The notes below the pieces were generated by a model. It saw only the letters and a program-made list of their open reading frames with translations, was not told the DNA's origin and did not search any database. From IMG/VR virus record IMGVR_UViG_3300025695_000008: a stretch of DNA of 64,000 nt. One strand, 5' to 3'. This stretch comes from an uncultured virus (IMG/VR IMGVR_UViG_3300025695_000008) (lineage: Duplodnaviria; Heunggongvirae; Uroviricota; Caudoviricetes). Positions 17,562 to 28,779 of the stretch are shown piece after piece. A program made the translations under genes and the position numbers. The stretch's first letter is position 1. Each line of letters begins with the position of its first letter.

Positions 17562-18029
17562 CTAATCGATATTTTTTTTACTGGTTAAGTCTACTGATTC
17601 AAATAAAGATGAACCGTTTTCTTTTGTCTTAATGAATTTTTTAACTATTTGCCCAGCTATAGCGTTGGCCTCATCTTCAATAATACCCCCCACATCTTGT
17701 ACGGGTAACTCAATACGATCTTCTTCGTATTGTTTTTTGTGTACCAGTTCGTGAGCGACACTCCTCATGACATCACCTAACATTCTATTCTTGGCATATA
17801 CACAAACTAGTTTATCTTTGTCTCGATAAAAAGCTGTTGTCTTAACACCATTCTTCTCTCTGTCGTGACAGAGTATACATTTGAAGTTACCAGAAATACC
17901 CAACTCATCACAACAAAATTTTATAAATTCTTTAGTGACCTGAACCTTATTTTCCGAGAATTCCAAACCATCCTCAATTTTAATCGAGAATGGTTCGCTA
18001 TTTAGTTTTAAAACTTCAATTAATTTCAT
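17562..18029 (-). CDS. HExxH zincin-like protein
   Basis: AHELVHKKQ...EDEANA. Confidence 0.7.
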   Translation of the reverse strand: MKLIEVLKLNSEPFSIKIEDGLEFSENKVQVTKEFIKFCCDELGISGNFKCILCHDREKNGVKTTAFYRDKDKLVCVYAKNRMLGDVMRSVAHELVHKKQYEEDRIELPVQDVGGIIEDEANAIAGQIVKKFIKTKENGSSLFESVDLTSKKNID

Positions 18030-20860
18030 TATAATAAGTTATCTAGATCTCTATTCTTATATTGACCAACGGTTCCGTTATCACCATCAACTAAATAGTT
18101 AGCTGGTTGGTAATTAAAGTACGACTGTTTTTGTACGTTTACTGCTAACCAATCTGAACCATCGTACAATAAATCAGTACTCTCTAAAGTTTCTAGTGGA
18201 TAAAAGAATCCCGCGTCTTCTAACTTAGTTTTTAGGTTAGTTGACATAATTCTATTAGTGGTACCGCCTGACACCCATTTACTAGAAACAATTAAATCAT
18301 TTTTAACCTCTAAATTATTTCTCTTAGTAATGAATTTTATTACCCTGCCATCATCATTTGAATCAGTGAACTCTGGTAGAATAGTTATATAGTTTAGGGT
18401 AGACCCTGTATCCACAACATCTAAAACAACATATGTTGTCTTTGCCGAAAAATCGCTTAAATTAAACTGGTAAAACATAGTGGCGGTATTTATACTACTC
18501 ATTTCGAACACACCGTTAAATGGTTGTGCACTAAAACTAGTTTCATCTAAGAAGATAAACCCGTGAGTAGTAACACCATTTTTATTTTGTGTATCATTAG
18601 AAGGATCGAAATCTACACTAATAGTAGATGAATCACTATTCGTTATTTCTAAAACTGAATTAGTTAATTCGGCACCAGTAACAGTACCACTTTCACCAGA
18701 AGTACCAGATGAACCAGTAGGTCCTGTTTCCCCTACCCCAACAACTTTAACTAGGTCAAATGAGAAGTTTGACGGAGTCATATTTACTGTAGTGCCGCCA
18801 CCTAATCTTTTGATGTATAAGGATATTGTATCGTTTTCATCTAGATCAACTAACTCTGTTATGCTAAATGACCCGATTGAATCGGAGTTGAAATCTCTAT
18901 TAACTTCAGTGCTAGGTAAAGGGATACCGTTTTTATATACTACAATAAATACGGTTACGTTATTGGTATCTACGGATAAAGATAAAGAGGCGTTTATTTG
19001 ATAAACTCCAGTGTATGGGGTTTGAATCGTTAAAGTTGACGCATCTGACCCAGAACCTGGTGTATGTGTTATACCTAGTATTTCACCTACAGTGTCTGTA
19101 TTCCATCCCTGATAGTTTTCTTCTATCGACCTAGATGCCCCATTTAATTCAAATAATTGTGCGTATGAAACACCACCAGTAACCGTACCAGGGGCTCCGT
19201 CTACACCAGAAGTACCATCAATACCAGAAGTGCCGTCAATACCAGAAGTACCAGAAACACCAGAAGTACCATCAATACCAGAAGTACCAGAAGTACCAGA
19301 AACACCAGAGCCTCCAGAAGCACCTTCTGCTTCAATTAACATTAAATAAGGTACTCTACCTGAGTTTGAGGATACTACCCCCCCTTGATTAATATAACCC
19401 CCAGATAACGGTGTTCCATCAATTTCTATGGGTCCACCAGACGATCTCGTTAATACTAATGTTGGGTCACCTAAGCTAGCTGTTAAGCTAATACCAGTAC
19501 TTGAAGCGTTACCAACAACGTTACCACCGAAAGGGTCAGTCGCAACATTTGTTAAAGTAACTCCTGTTGCCGAACCGTTTGTTGTTATTCTAATAGCATC
19601 ACCGTTGTGTTCTGTTGATGTGTAGGTTTCTACACTTAAGTTAAGACCACTTGCCGTTATAACCGTTTGTATTGCTGATGCTATTCCAGCTGGGGATATG
19701 ACGTTATAACCAATAGCTGTAGCGTCTGAGGTATCAAATACAACATTCTCTGTGTTGATACCGTCCGAAATAGTTATTTCAGGGTACGTACTTGGTAAAG
19801 GTTCACCCAAGGCATTAAGGGGTATAAATATATCGTTATCACCCCACGAACCAGGGTAGGCTACTGTATTAGATTCTGCATCAACAACTCCAGGAGATTG
19901 TGTTATAGCAGAAGTTACGTTTGTTTCTGATGTGAAAGTGTTTATTTGATCACTTAATTCACTTGAGTTACCTACAGTGTCTCCTCCAGGGCCATTAAAT
20001 ACGGTTACACCATTTATGATTAGGGTATCGGTGGTACCAGGTTGAGTTGTCGATGTGATCGATTGTGTTGTTGGTATAGGTTCATTTAGTTGTATGAATG
20101 TCGCTACACCACCTTGTGTTGTGGTTATTTTACCATCTTCGTTTATATCAGTATAATAGGTAGAAGAAGGGTTACCATCTAATGTTTCAGGGTTAGAGTA
20201 ATCTCTTATTATATCATTGAATGGTTTTACAAAAATATCTTTTCCGTTCCTTAGTTTATCTAGTACTATACCAACCTTCGTTTCTGTACTACCTGTTGTA
20301 CCGTACTTAACTAACTCACCAGAAGTATTTATAGAAACAACATCGCCAAGATCTAATGAAGGTGCAGATTCGTGAGAGAATTTAACTCTATCATCTTTTT
20401 CGTTTAAGTTAAACCTAGATTGTACTTTATCGGCGGCACCACTTAAAAAAGGTGAGCCTACAATTACGGGTTCACCTTCTGGGTTTAAATCGAATATTAC
20501 TATATTACCATTATTAGCCACAGTATTACTACCGTTAATTCTAAAAGATAACATGTCTACATCCTCAACAACACATGTCACTGCGTTAGTAGCTTTATCG
20601 GATATAGATACTATCTTTAATATAGTATTAGCATCTTCACTGGCAATAAACATACCAGATTTTATATCTAAACCGTTGTAAAGTAACGGTTCTCTGCTGG
20701 ATTCATCAGCATGATTTTGATTTAATACATCTTTTATCGTAACATCATATCTAATGTAATCTGATTGTAATCCAGACCCATCGGATTCTCCGTATAGGAT
20801 AGAGCCTGACATAGATTCTATTTTAGCTCTTAATGTTATTGGTGTGATTTTATATGACAT
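18029..20860 (-). CDS. virion structural/fibre protein with short collagen-like segment and possible C1q/BclA-like domain
   Basis: T/S/G-rich, (GTSGID)n block followed by [11 protein letters not shown] beta-sandwich-like region. Confidence 0.65.
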   Translation of the reverse strand: MSYKITPITLRAKIESMSGSILYGESDGSGLQSDYIRYDVTIKDVLNQNHADESSREPLLYNGLDIKSGMFIASEDANTILKIVSISDKATNAVTCVVEDVDMLSFRINGSNTVANNGNIVIFDLNPEGEPVIVGSPFLSGAADKVQSRFNLNEKDDRVKFSHESAPSLDLGDVVSINTSGELVKYGTTGSTETKVGIVLDKLRNGKDIFVKPFNDIIRDYSNPETLDGNPSSTYYTDINEDGKITTTQGGVATFIQLNEPIPTTQSITSTTQPGTTDTLIINGVTVFNGPGGDTVGNSSELSDQINTFTSETNVTSAITQSPGVVDAESNTVAYPGSWGDNDIFIPLNALGEPLPSTYPEITISDGINTENVVFDTSDATAIGYNVISPAGIASAIQTVITASGLNLSVETYTSTEHNGDAIRITTNGSATGVTLTNVATDPFGGNVVGNASSTGISLTASLGDPTLVLTRSSGGPIEIDGTPLSGGYINQGGVVSSNSGRVPYLMLIEAEGASGGSGVSGTSGTSGIDGTSGVSGTSGIDGTSGIDGTSGVDGAPGTVTGGVSYAQLFELNGASRSIEENYQGWNTDTVGEILGITHTPGSGSDASTLTIQTPYTGVYQINASLSLSVDTNNVTVFIVVYKNGIPLPSTEVNRDFNSDSIGSFSITELVDLDENDTISLYIKRLGGGTTVNMTPSNFSFDLVKVVGVGETGPTGSSGTSGESGTVTGAELTNSVLEITNSDSSTISVDFDPSNDTQNKNGVTTHGFIFLDETSFSAQPFNGVFEMSSINTATMFYQFNLSDFSAKTTYVVLDVVDTGSTLNYITILPEFTDSNDDGRVIKFITKRNNLEVKNDLIVSSKWVSGGTTNRIMSTNLKTKLEDAGFFYPLETLESTDLLYDGSDWLAVNVQKQSYFNYQPANYLVDGDNGTVGQYKNRDLDNLL

Positions 20861-20904
20861 AACTTTATATTCTTTTTTATTTAATTATAGTACTTAGCAT
20901 TTAC

Positions 20905-23900
20905 TTAGAAACTAAACACTATGTATACGTGAGTCTCTTTAGCGGTAGGAAAACCTACTCTATCCCAGTCAAAATTACCTTTAGCCATATCTATCCCAAT
21001 AGTAAAGATGCTACCAAAATCTGTGAATAAATTAGCGTCAAATTGATTTGGTAAACCGCTCGGGCTCGTAAAACTGCTGAAGTTAAAGCCAGTTAGTTTA
21101 TAGTTTGTATTAGTACCACCACCGTCTAAGTGTGTTACTATGTACTCGTTAGTTGAGGTGTTAGCCGCATAAGCCAATATTGAGCGCGGCGGGTTAACCT
21201 CCTGGGCAAATTGGAATTCGGCATTCATGTCAGTATTAGCGGCTGATGCACCAGCAGTGGCTATATCGGAGTTACCGAATTGATCGAAGAACACAGCTAC
21301 TATCTGCTGTGTGGCATCGAATTCTACTCTAGCGATATACGTGTTGGTCCCAGACCCACTTACACCAGATGTACCTGCTACTCCTGATATTCCTGATGTA
21401 CCATCATTACCATCATTTCCATCTAATCCTGATATTCCTGATGTACCATCGTTACCATCATTTCCGTTATTTCCATCAACACCATTTATTCCTGATGTAC
21501 CATCGTTACCATCATTTCCATCTACTCCAGATATTCCTGATGTACCATCGTTTCCATCGTTACCATCATTTCCATCTACTCCTGATATTCCTGATGTACC
21601 ATCGTTTCCGTTATTCCCATCAATACCATTTATTCCTGATGTACCGTTCTCGCCATTTGCACCGACCTTAGTATAAGAGATTCCGAATGAATTGTAAAGT
21701 GAGTTCGATCCGTTTGCTGCAATAACTGTTACGTTGAATGTAACGTTAGTGCCGTTATCTGTTTTACCAGTTACTTCATATATACCGAATTCTGATGTAT
21801 TTGTAGTTTTGTATAGTGAAATAATATCACCTACTTCGATTCCAGCTAACCAATTCTGCGCATTGATAGAATTAATAGCTGTTTCGTTAATAGTTATTGT
21901 AGTTACTGATGCATTAGTGCTGGATGACATACTAAAGAACTCAGCATTTATAGAAGGTCCGATTGACCATCTTAGAGTGTTAGCACCATCAACACCATCA
22001 TTGCCATCGTTTCCATCTACTCCTGATATTCCAGACGTACCATCATTTCCATCTATACCATCGTTTCCGTCAATACCATCATTCCCATCGTTTCCGTCTA
22101 TTCCTGATATTCCAGACGTACCATCAATACCATCATTCCCATCGTTTCCGTCAATACCATCATTACCATCGTTTCCAGATATCCCTGATGTACCATCATT
22201 ACCGTCATTACCATCATTTCCATCTACTCCAGATATCCCTGATGTACCATCATTACCGTCATTACCATCATTTCCATCTACTCCAGATATCCCTGATGTA
22301 CCATCATTACCATCATTACCATCTACTCCAGATATCCCTGATGTACCATCGTTTCCATCTATTCCTGATGTACCATCAGCACCATCGTTTCCGTCTATAC
22401 CATCTACTCCAGATATCCCTGATGTACCATCGTTTCCATCTATTCCTGATGTACCATCAGCACCATCGTTTCCGTCTATACCATCTACTCCAGATATCCC
22501 TGATGTACCATCGTTTCCATCATTTCCATCAATACCATCGTTTCCATCTACTCCAGATATCCCTGATGTACCATCAGCACCATCATTTCCATCAATACCA
22601 TCAATACCATCGTTTCCATCTACTCCAGATATTCCTGATGTACCATCAATACCATCATTTCCATCTACTCCAGATATTCCTGATGTACCATCAATACCAT
22701 CGTTCCCATCATTTCCATCAATACCATTTATTCCAGACGTACCATCATTTCCATCTATTCCAGATATTCCAGACGTACCATCATTTCCATCTATTCCAGA
22801 TATTCCAGACGTACCATCATTTCCATCTATTCCAGATATTCCAGACGTACCATCAGCACCATCAGCACCATCTATTCCAGATATCCCTGATGTACCATCG
22901 TTTCCGTCAATACCATCGTTTCCATCTACTCCTGATATTCCTGATGTACCATCTGCTCCAGATATCCCTGATGTACCATCAGCACCATCATTACCATCAA
23001 TACCATTAATACCATCAATACCATCACCACCAGTTGCTCCATCTAGGTTAACTGTCCATGATGTATATGTCCCGCCACCAACAGTTCTTGTTGGAGCTCC
23101 GAACACCAATTCACCTGTTATTGAATTATATGTTATAACCTCACATTCTTGGAAGTTAGCTGTGTCGTATACAATTATAATTGACTGGGCTGGGGTATAT
23201 GCTAGATCGGGGTCGACAAATAACGTACCGCTACTGCCTAGGATTAGTGAAGTTACTGATATCGTCTTATATTTGTCCCCATCAGCACCATCAGCACCAT
23301 TTATTCCAGATGTACCGTCAGCACCATTTATCCCTGATGTACCATCAGCACCATCGTTACCATCAGCACCATTTATTCCAGATGTACCGTCAGCACCATT
23401 TATCCCTGATGTACCATCAGTACCATCAGCACCATTTATTCCAGATGTACCGTCAGCACCATTTATCCCTGATGTACCATCAGTACCATCAGCACCATCA
23501 GCACCATCGTTACCATCAGCACCATTTATTCCAGATGTACCATCAGCACCATCGTTACCATCGTTACCATCAGCACCATTTATCCCTGATGTACCATCAG
23601 CACCATCGTTACCATCATTTCCATCTACTCCTGATATCCCTGATGTACCATCAGCACCATCGTTACCATCATTTCCATCTACTCCTGATATCCCTGATGT
23701 ACCATTAGAACCAGAGGATAGTGAACTTAGATCTATGTTAACCAAATCACCACCAGAAGTTGTGAATATTAAGTTTGATGTATTCTCGTTGAAGCTAGCT
23801 CCCACAAATTCGTCACCCGTTGATGAACCTCCACCGCCAGCTACTTTTCTCCATAGCCTAATGTCGGAACCGTTTATTTTAACTACTTCAGAAAAAGTGT

Positions 23901-24108
23901 TGTTTGAACTACTGTAGCTAAACTCTGTGTGTGATTCTATACAAACATAAAGTGATGTTGTACCATTATCGCTTATTATATAAGTGAATTGACCTGATTT
24001 AAAGTCTTGGGGTATCCATTTTATTATCTCTAACGTCTTTAAATTATCGTCTAGCTCGTTATGTGTTAATGGTCTGGATAGGTTTGACCTGAGTATTAAA
24101 TTTGACAT
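20905..24108 (-). CDS. collagen-like (Gly-X-Y) fibre protein
   Basis: N-terminal RPLTHNELDDN attachment-type motif; three G-X-Y blocks separated by globular inserts. Confidence 0.85.
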   Translation of the reverse strand: MSNLILRSNLSRPLTHNELDDNLKTLEIIKWIPQDFKSGQFTYIISDNGTTSLYVCIESHTEFSYSSSNNTFSEVVKINGSDIRLWRKVAGGGGSSTGDEFVGASFNENTSNLIFTTSGGDLVNIDLSSLSSGSNGTSGISGVDGNDGNDGADGTSGISGVDGNDGNDGADGTSGINGADGNDGNDGADGTSGINGADGNDGADGADGTDGTSGINGADGTSGINGADGTDGTSGINGADGTSGINGADGNDGADGTSGINGADGTSGINGADGADGDKYKTISVTSLILGSSGTLFVDPDLAYTPAQSIIIVYDTANFQECEVITYNSITGELVFGAPTRTVGGGTYTSWTVNLDGATGGDGIDGINGIDGNDGADGTSGISGADGTSGISGVDGNDGIDGNDGTSGISGIDGADGADGTSGISGIDGNDGTSGISGIDGNDGTSGISGIDGNDGTSGINGIDGNDGNDGIDGTSGISGVDGNDGIDGTSGISGVDGNDGIDGIDGNDGADGTSGISGVDGNDGIDGNDGNDGTSGISGVDGIDGNDGADGTSGIDGNDGTSGISGVDGIDGNDGADGTSGIDGNDGTSGISGVDGNDGNDGTSGISGVDGNDGNDGNDGTSGISGVDGNDGNDGNDGTSGISGNDGNDGIDGNDGNDGIDGTSGISGIDGNDGNDGIDGNDGIDGNDGTSGISGVDGNDGNDGVDGANTLRWSIGPSINAEFFSMSSSTNASVTTITINETAINSINAQNWLAGIEVGDIISLYKTTNTSEFGIYEVTGKTDNGTNVTFNVTVIAANGSNSLYNSFGISYTKVGANGENGTSGINGIDGNNGNDGTSGISGVDGNDGNDGNDGTSGISGVDGNDGNDGTSGINGVDGNNGNDGNDGTSGISGLDGNDGNDGTSGISGVAGTSGVSGSGTNTYIARVEFDATQQIVAVFFDQFGNSDIATAGASAANTDMNAEFQFAQEVNPPRSILAYAANTSTNEYIVTHLDGGGTNTNYKLTGFNFSSFTSPSGLPNQFDANLFTDFGSIFTIGIDMAKGNFDWDRVGFPTAKETHVYIVFSF
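21350..23703 (-). repeat. 9-bp-unit coding tandem repeats (GTS/GIS/GVD/GND/GAD/GID triplets)
   Basis: three blocks at about 21350-21665, 21982-23040 and 23281-23703. Confidence 0.95.
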
Positions 24109-24145
24109 ATCTTTTTTTAATTTCTATAACTTTATTGTTACTCTA

Positions 24146-24153
24146 TATAAATA
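24146..24153 (-). promoter_or_regulatory. putative late promoter TATTTATA
   Basis: 37 nt upstream of collagen gene ATG. Confidence 0.55.
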
Positions 24154-24237
24154 GTTATTAATTATATAAAACACGTTAGGTTATTTACTTTATTATAAAT
24201 AAAAAAATAATAGCCCCTTAGATTTATCGCCTAGGGT

Positions 24238-24897
24238 CTATTTTCTATCCATAACTGCGTCTATCATCCCATATTTTTTAGCTTCATCAGATTTCATCCA
24301 GTAGTCCCTCTCAGAGTCTTTATAAACTTTACTATATTTCTGACCACTGTGTAATGATATTATATCGTACAATTCCTTTTTAAGCTTACCTATTTCTCTA
24401 GCAGTTATCTCTATGTCAGTAGCTTGTCCTTCAGCACCACCTAGTGGTTGGTGTATCATGACTCTTGAGTGTGGTAGTGCATATCTCTTACCTTTGGCAC
24501 CTGCACATAATAGTACTGCACCCATTGATGCGGCTAAACCAGTACATATAGTGGATACTTCTGGTTTTATATACTGCATAGTATCATAAATCCCTAGACC
24601 AGAATATACTGAACCCCCTGGCGAATTTATATATATTTGGATATCTCTATTTGGGTCCATAGATTCTAAAAACAGTAGTTGAGCTTGAATTATGTTAGAC
24701 ACTTGGTCATTTATACCTGTACCCAGGAATATGACTCTTTCCATCATTAGTCTGGAAAACACGTCCATTTGAGTTACATTCATTTCTCGTTCTTCCATGA
24801 TGTATGGTGTGACAGAACTTTTAAAGTTATTAAGTGATTCTGATTTTATACCCATATGCATTGTGGCATATTTACTAAATTCTTTACCTAGATTCAT
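24238..24897 (-). CDS. clpP: ATP-dependent Clp protease proteolytic subunit
   Basis: MDVFSRLMMERVIFLG, YINSPGGSV, catalytic Ser (AASMG), His (MIHQP), Asp (ERDYW). Confidence 0.97.
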   Translation of the reverse strand: MNLGKEFSKYATMHMGIKSESLNNFKSSVTPYIMEEREMNVTQMDVFSRLMMERVIFLGTGINDQVSNIIQAQLLFLESMDPNRDIQIYINSPGGSVYSGLGIYDTMQYIKPEVSTICTGLAASMGAVLLCAGAKGKRYALPHSRVMIHQPLGGAEGQATDIEITAREIGKLKKELYDIISLHSGQKYSKVYKDSERDYWMKSDEAKKYGMIDAVMDRK

Positions 24898-24932
24898 GTT
24901 TTTTTGTTTTTTTATAATTAAATTTATTTATA

Positions 24933-24963
24933 CAAATATAGTTTTATTTATTGGTATAACCAA
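24933..24963 (-). promoter_or_regulatory. Bacteroidota-type promoter for clpP
   Basis: TTG-N20-TATATTTG. Confidence 0.7.
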
Positions 24964-26431
24964 TAGATTCTTTAAAAATAGTGATATGTTCATCATTAAT
25001 TTCTGAACGTAACTTTTCCTCAAATTTGGATATAGAATAAGCACTACTAACATTTAACCCAAACTCACCATTACGCATTTTTTTATCAACCCTATCCATT
25101 ATATTGTGTAAATCGTCTGTTATCTGAATATCATTTAAGCTGGCTGCGTCAAATGTTATGGTCATATAAGACGGTGTCACTAAATAGGTCTCCAATATTT
25201 TACCACTTACGTTTCTTATTTCTAATAACCCCCCAATATTACGTACATTTTTATTACTTATTTTAACCACAGCTTTATATTTTTTACGTAAATGTCTTTT
25301 TATAGAACTAATTAAAGAATTTTTAAGATAATAAACCCCTGTTGATTCGGTGCTATAGGTTAAAGATTCAAAAATTTCATCAAAAAAATTGACTAATTTA
25401 GTCGAAAAACCTGGTTTTAAGGTGATACCATAAATCTCTTCTAGGTACATAGCTTTTTCGATTATATATTTTATATGTTTTAAATCAAAGCCTCTTAGTG
25501 CATCTCTGTGCTTGGATATAAAGTTCATACCCCAAGCCCTTGTATAACCATTAGAAAAAATTATATTCCCATCATTATGGAATTCTTCTGTAGGGTTGGT
25601 GGGTATTACGTTATTATAGATTTCTTCTGTTGAAGTTATGTCAGTCCAATTGTAACCTAACTTATTATATATGGATAGGTTATCCATATCAACCCCCTTA
25701 AATCTTAACGCTTTTTTTACTATATCTGGGTTATTTATGTAATTTATGTCTGATATATAATCAGCTATATCCATACCTCGATACAACTTCTTATTAAATC
25801 TAAATGTCTTCGCTACATTAATAATATCATTAGTATTATAAGTTATTTCGTATTTGGATAAAAATCTACTTAATACGTACCTAGTTAAGATGTCTTTATC
25901 ATCACCAATCTTACTTGATATTTTGTAGTTTGGTTGGGTGTTTCTGATTAGAGTAGTTAAGATTCTATTTAATTCTTCTGAACCGAATAGTGTCGAACTA
26001 AGCAATTCTCTTATTAAAAATATAATGCGGTCATTAACTATATTTACCCTAACATAATTAGGTCTATTGTTATTACTATGATATATGCTAAACCCTGGCT
26101 CGTTTCTGTTTAACGTTAAACTAGTATATTCTTTTATCTCATCTATTAGTTTATACTGCTCATAACCGTTTTTAAATTTTCTGGGGGTAGCTGATTTATG
26201 AGTTACATACTTTTTAAGTATTACCTTGCCGACCTCTAAATCTTCTTCTACAACTATTGTCTCTCTGTGAACACTAGCATCTATTCGGTTCTTCATACCG
26301 TTATTAAAGGTTTCTTGGTTAACAAGAGTTTGACTCTTAATGTTGGTACCATCATCAATAATTAAGTATAAGTTCTCGACGCTTATCTTATCTAATAAGG
26401 TTAAGGAGGGTTTGGTATCATTGACCTTCAT
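24944..26431 (-). CDS. hypothetical protein
   Basis: 495 aa ORF, no motif recognised. Confidence 0.75.
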   Translation of the reverse strand: MKVNDTKPSLTLLDKISVENLYLIIDDGTNIKSQTLVNQETFNNGMKNRIDASVHRETIVVEEDLEVGKVILKKYVTHKSATPRKFKNGYEQYKLIDEIKEYTSLTLNRNEPGFSIYHSNNNRPNYVRVNIVNDRIIFLIRELLSSTLFGSEELNRILTTLIRNTQPNYKISSKIGDDKDILTRYVLSRFLSKYEITYNTNDIINVAKTFRFNKKLYRGMDIADYISDINYINNPDIVKKALRFKGVDMDNLSIYNKLGYNWTDITSTEEIYNNVIPTNPTEEFHNDGNIIFSNGYTRAWGMNFISKHRDALRGFDLKHIKYIIEKAMYLEEIYGITLKPGFSTKLVNFFDEIFESLTYSTESTGVYYLKNSLISSIKRHLRKKYKAVVKISNKNVRNIGGLLEIRNVSGKILETYLVTPSYMTITFDAASLNDIQITDDLHNIMDRVDKKMRNGEFGLNVSSAYSISKFEEKLRSEINDEHITIFKESIGYTNK

Positions 26432-26741
26432 TTTCAGATTTTTTTGGGTTTATATTTGAGCTATAGACAAAATCCCCATCCGAATTTATACCATCTATAC
26501 TAATAACCCCATCTTCAAGTAAAACGTTAAAAGATTCTTCTATTATAATAGACTGAGCCTTATCTAGGGTATTAGTTAGTTGATCTGGTGTTATATGGTG
26601 ATAACCATCTTTTTCATGGTTACTCTCTAAAACTTTTGTCAATAGATTAGATACGAGTTCACGGTCCATAAACACACCAGAACGACCGAAAAAGTCTTGA
26701 TCGTCCAACAAACTCATTACATACTTTAAATATTCTTTCAT
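26418..26741 (-). CDS. hypothetical protein
   Basis: 107 aa; TACTTTCG promoter-like element 4 nt upstream. Confidence 0.7.
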   Translation of the reverse strand: MKEYLKYVMSLLDDQDFFGRSGVFMDRELVSNLLTKVLESNHEKDGYHHITPDQLTNTLDKAQSIIIEESFNVLLEDGVISIDGINSDGDFVYSSNINPKKSENEGQ

Positions 26742-26764
26742 ACCACGAAAGTATGAATAAATTT

Positions 26765-27121
26765 TTATACCACCAAATTATCTCCGTAGTTTTTTTCGAT
26801 ATCAATTATATCTCTCTTTTCCCACATAGGTATTTGATTATAATAAATTATAAATTCTCTATACTCTTCACGAGTAATAGCGAATGATTCTATCTCCGTA
26901 TCTTCAAAGATACTATTTTTTTTACTATTAAAATAAAGACTACCCACCCTAGAATTATGTTCATTATCAGAATTTTGTATCTGATTTACTGCTAAATATT
27001 GGTGGTCACCATCTGGTGATATAAAATATATTTTAAACGTATTATTGATATAATCACTAACGCTAAATTTACAAATGAACAAGTTGTTCATCTCTATTAG
27101 TTTATTTACGAAATCTACCAT
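26765..27121 (-). CDS. hypothetical protein
   Basis: 118 aa ORF. Confidence 0.6.
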   Translation of the reverse strand: MVDFVNKLIEMNNLFICKFSVSDYINNTFKIYFISPDGDHQYLAVNQIQNSDNEHNSRVGSLYFNSKKNSIFEDTEIESFAITREEYREFIIYYNQIPMWEKRDIIDIEKNYGDNLVV

Positions 27122-27194
27122 CTTTTTTGGTTTTTTAGACTATTTATTATTACTTGTGAGTATAATAAGACTTCAAATATAAATACATTAAATT

Positions 27195-27626
27195 ATGGGA
27201 AAAAGAGTAATTTTTACAGAAAAACAAATAAAAATGATAGCCGAGGCTGAGGAATCTAAGATGAGAGATATTGATCTAGAGGATACATTAGCCAAACAGT
27301 TGGGTGATGATGATAGCGATAGAAGAATTGAGTACCCAAATAATGATGAAGAGGTGATTGATGTGGATAACGAAGATATTGATACGGATGTAGATACGTC
27401 TATGGATGTTGAGCCTGAAGCTGATAGTGATATAGCTATGAAAGACCTAAAGGGTGCTCATGAATTGTTGGAGTATTTAGATAAAATGGAGGAAGCTAAG
27501 TCTATTTTAAGTAAAGTAGCCGCTAAAGAAGATGACGATAAACTTAAATCTAGAATATATAGTCATTATGAGAAGGCACAGAAATTAGTTTTCGAACTAA
27601 TAAAGGAATTCGGTATAATTCACTAA
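27195..27626 (+). CDS. acidic putative internal head protein
   Basis: MGKRVIFTEKQIKMIAE N-terminus, acidic; TATTTATT at 27141-27148; own terminator. Confidence 0.7.
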   Translation: MGKRVIFTEKQIKMIAEAEESKMRDIDLEDTLAKQLGDDDSDRRIEYPNNDEEVIDVDNEDIDTDVDTSMDVEPEADSDIAMKDLKGAHELLEYLDKMEEAKSILSKVAAKEDDDKLKSRIYSHYEKAQKLVFELIKEFGIIH

Positions 27627-27670
27627 CATTATATCAACAAAATTAGTATTAAATTTTAAAAACAATGTAC

Positions 27671-27701
27671 GTGGCGTCTAATTTGGGCGCCACTACTTTT
27701 T
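27671..27701 (+). terminator. intrinsic terminator between convergent genes
   Basis: GTGGCGTCTA-ATT-TGGGCGCCAC hairpin followed by T-rich tail. Confidence 0.75.
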
Positions 27702-27715
27702 AGTATACCTAGGTT

Positions 27716-28351
27716 TTATCTGGTACTAACCCTGGACATCCAACGTCTGGATATACCGTGATTATCTTCTAACGAATCATAAACTCGCCTTATAGTTTCG
27801 TGTGTTGGGTCATTAAAGAATATAAAATTATTTAAGTTGTTCGAATAACTAAAATTTTTAATAGTATCGTTTAATCTTTGCGAATCTGAGCTATTCTTTA
27901 GTACGAATACATCTATAAATTCATTTTCAAAGTACTCTATAACTAACTTATTATTTATAGATATAACCACTTTAGTTTCATTACCTAACAAAAACTTTTT
28001 AACTATACCCTTAAAGTCGTAAACTACCCCACTATTTTTGTGTTTAAATTTCTCCTCTATAGTATACGGTCGTATTTTCTTTATGATAAAATCTCCGTTA
28101 GTTTTAACTTTAACAAGGGCACCCATGTCGTTTCTAAAATGTTTTATTGACGTACCCTTTTTAGGACCAGTTAACACTAACTCGTAATCGGTTTCATTAC
28201 CCAACCAATCATACTCCTTAGGGAAGTAACTACTGTTAGTATCCAAAGCGTCTTTATATAACTTTAATGACTCCGAGTACGTTCTAGCCGAACCAACAAT
28301 TTTAACTCGCTTACCAGAGTTGTATAAAACTATTTTATAGGGTTTGTTCAT
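27716..28351 (-). CDS. hypothetical protein
   Basis: 211 aa basic ORF. Confidence 0.75.
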   Translation of the reverse strand: MNKPYKIVLYNSGKRVKIVGSARTYSESLKLYKDALDTNSSYFPKEYDWLGNETDYELVLTGPKKGTSIKHFRNDMGALVKVKTNGDFIIKKIRPYTIEEKFKHKNSGVVYDFKGIVKKFLLGNETKVVISINNKLVIEYFENEFIDVFVLKNSSDSQRLNDTIKNFSYSNNLNNFIFFNDPTHETIRRVYDSLEDNHGISRRWMSRVSTR

Positions 28352-28356
28352 ATAAC

Positions 28357-28575
28357 CTACTGTCGCTTTATTACGAATACAATATCACCTATTATAATAT
28401 CAAAACTTTTCCTAGATTTATAACCTAAACCAGTTTTGTTCATATGTCTATATACCTCTTGCTGTAGACTCTCATGATTATCGGATGACAACCTTAGTTC
28501 AATCTTTATACTAGACTCAACATCGATCTTACCAGTAATACTTTTAGTTATATCGTTAAGGTCTTTTAGTCTCAT
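28357..28575 (-). CDS. hypothetical protein
   Basis: 72 aa coupled ORF. Confidence 0.65.
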   Translation of the reverse strand: MRLKDLNDITKSITGKIDVESSIKIELRLSSDNHESLQQEVYRHMNKTGLGYKSRKSFDIIIGDIVFVIKRQ

Positions 28576-28778
28576 ATATATTTAAATACTTTATTTATAA
28601 ACTTTTTGAATTTAACCCACCTACTAGGTTCTTCTTTGATGTAAGTGTTTATATCGTTAATCTTGTCACCTAAACCGTTTTTAATTTGTTTTATATAGTT
28701 TGATTTATGTCTGTCAATATCTAACCTGTCTTTCTTTAGCTCCCTTTCGTAACTCCTATAAGCTCTATCATCTTCCAT
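28572..28778 (-). CDS. hypothetical protein
   Basis: 68 aa coupled ORF. Confidence 0.65.
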   Translation of the reverse strand: MEDDRAYRSYERELKKDRLDIDRHKSNYIKQIKNGLGDKINDINTYIKEEPSRWVKFKKFINKVFKYI

Positions 28779-28779
28779 A

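Noticed and set aside
21350..23703. Repeats as a possible CRISPR array
   Set aside because: In-frame 9-bp coding units with no unique spacers; no cas operon
21311..23917. Long plus-strand ORFs (727 aa PS/PD-rich; His-rich 273, 175 and 100 aa)
   Set aside because: Antisense shadows of the collagen repeat; the repeat codons lack stops on the other strand
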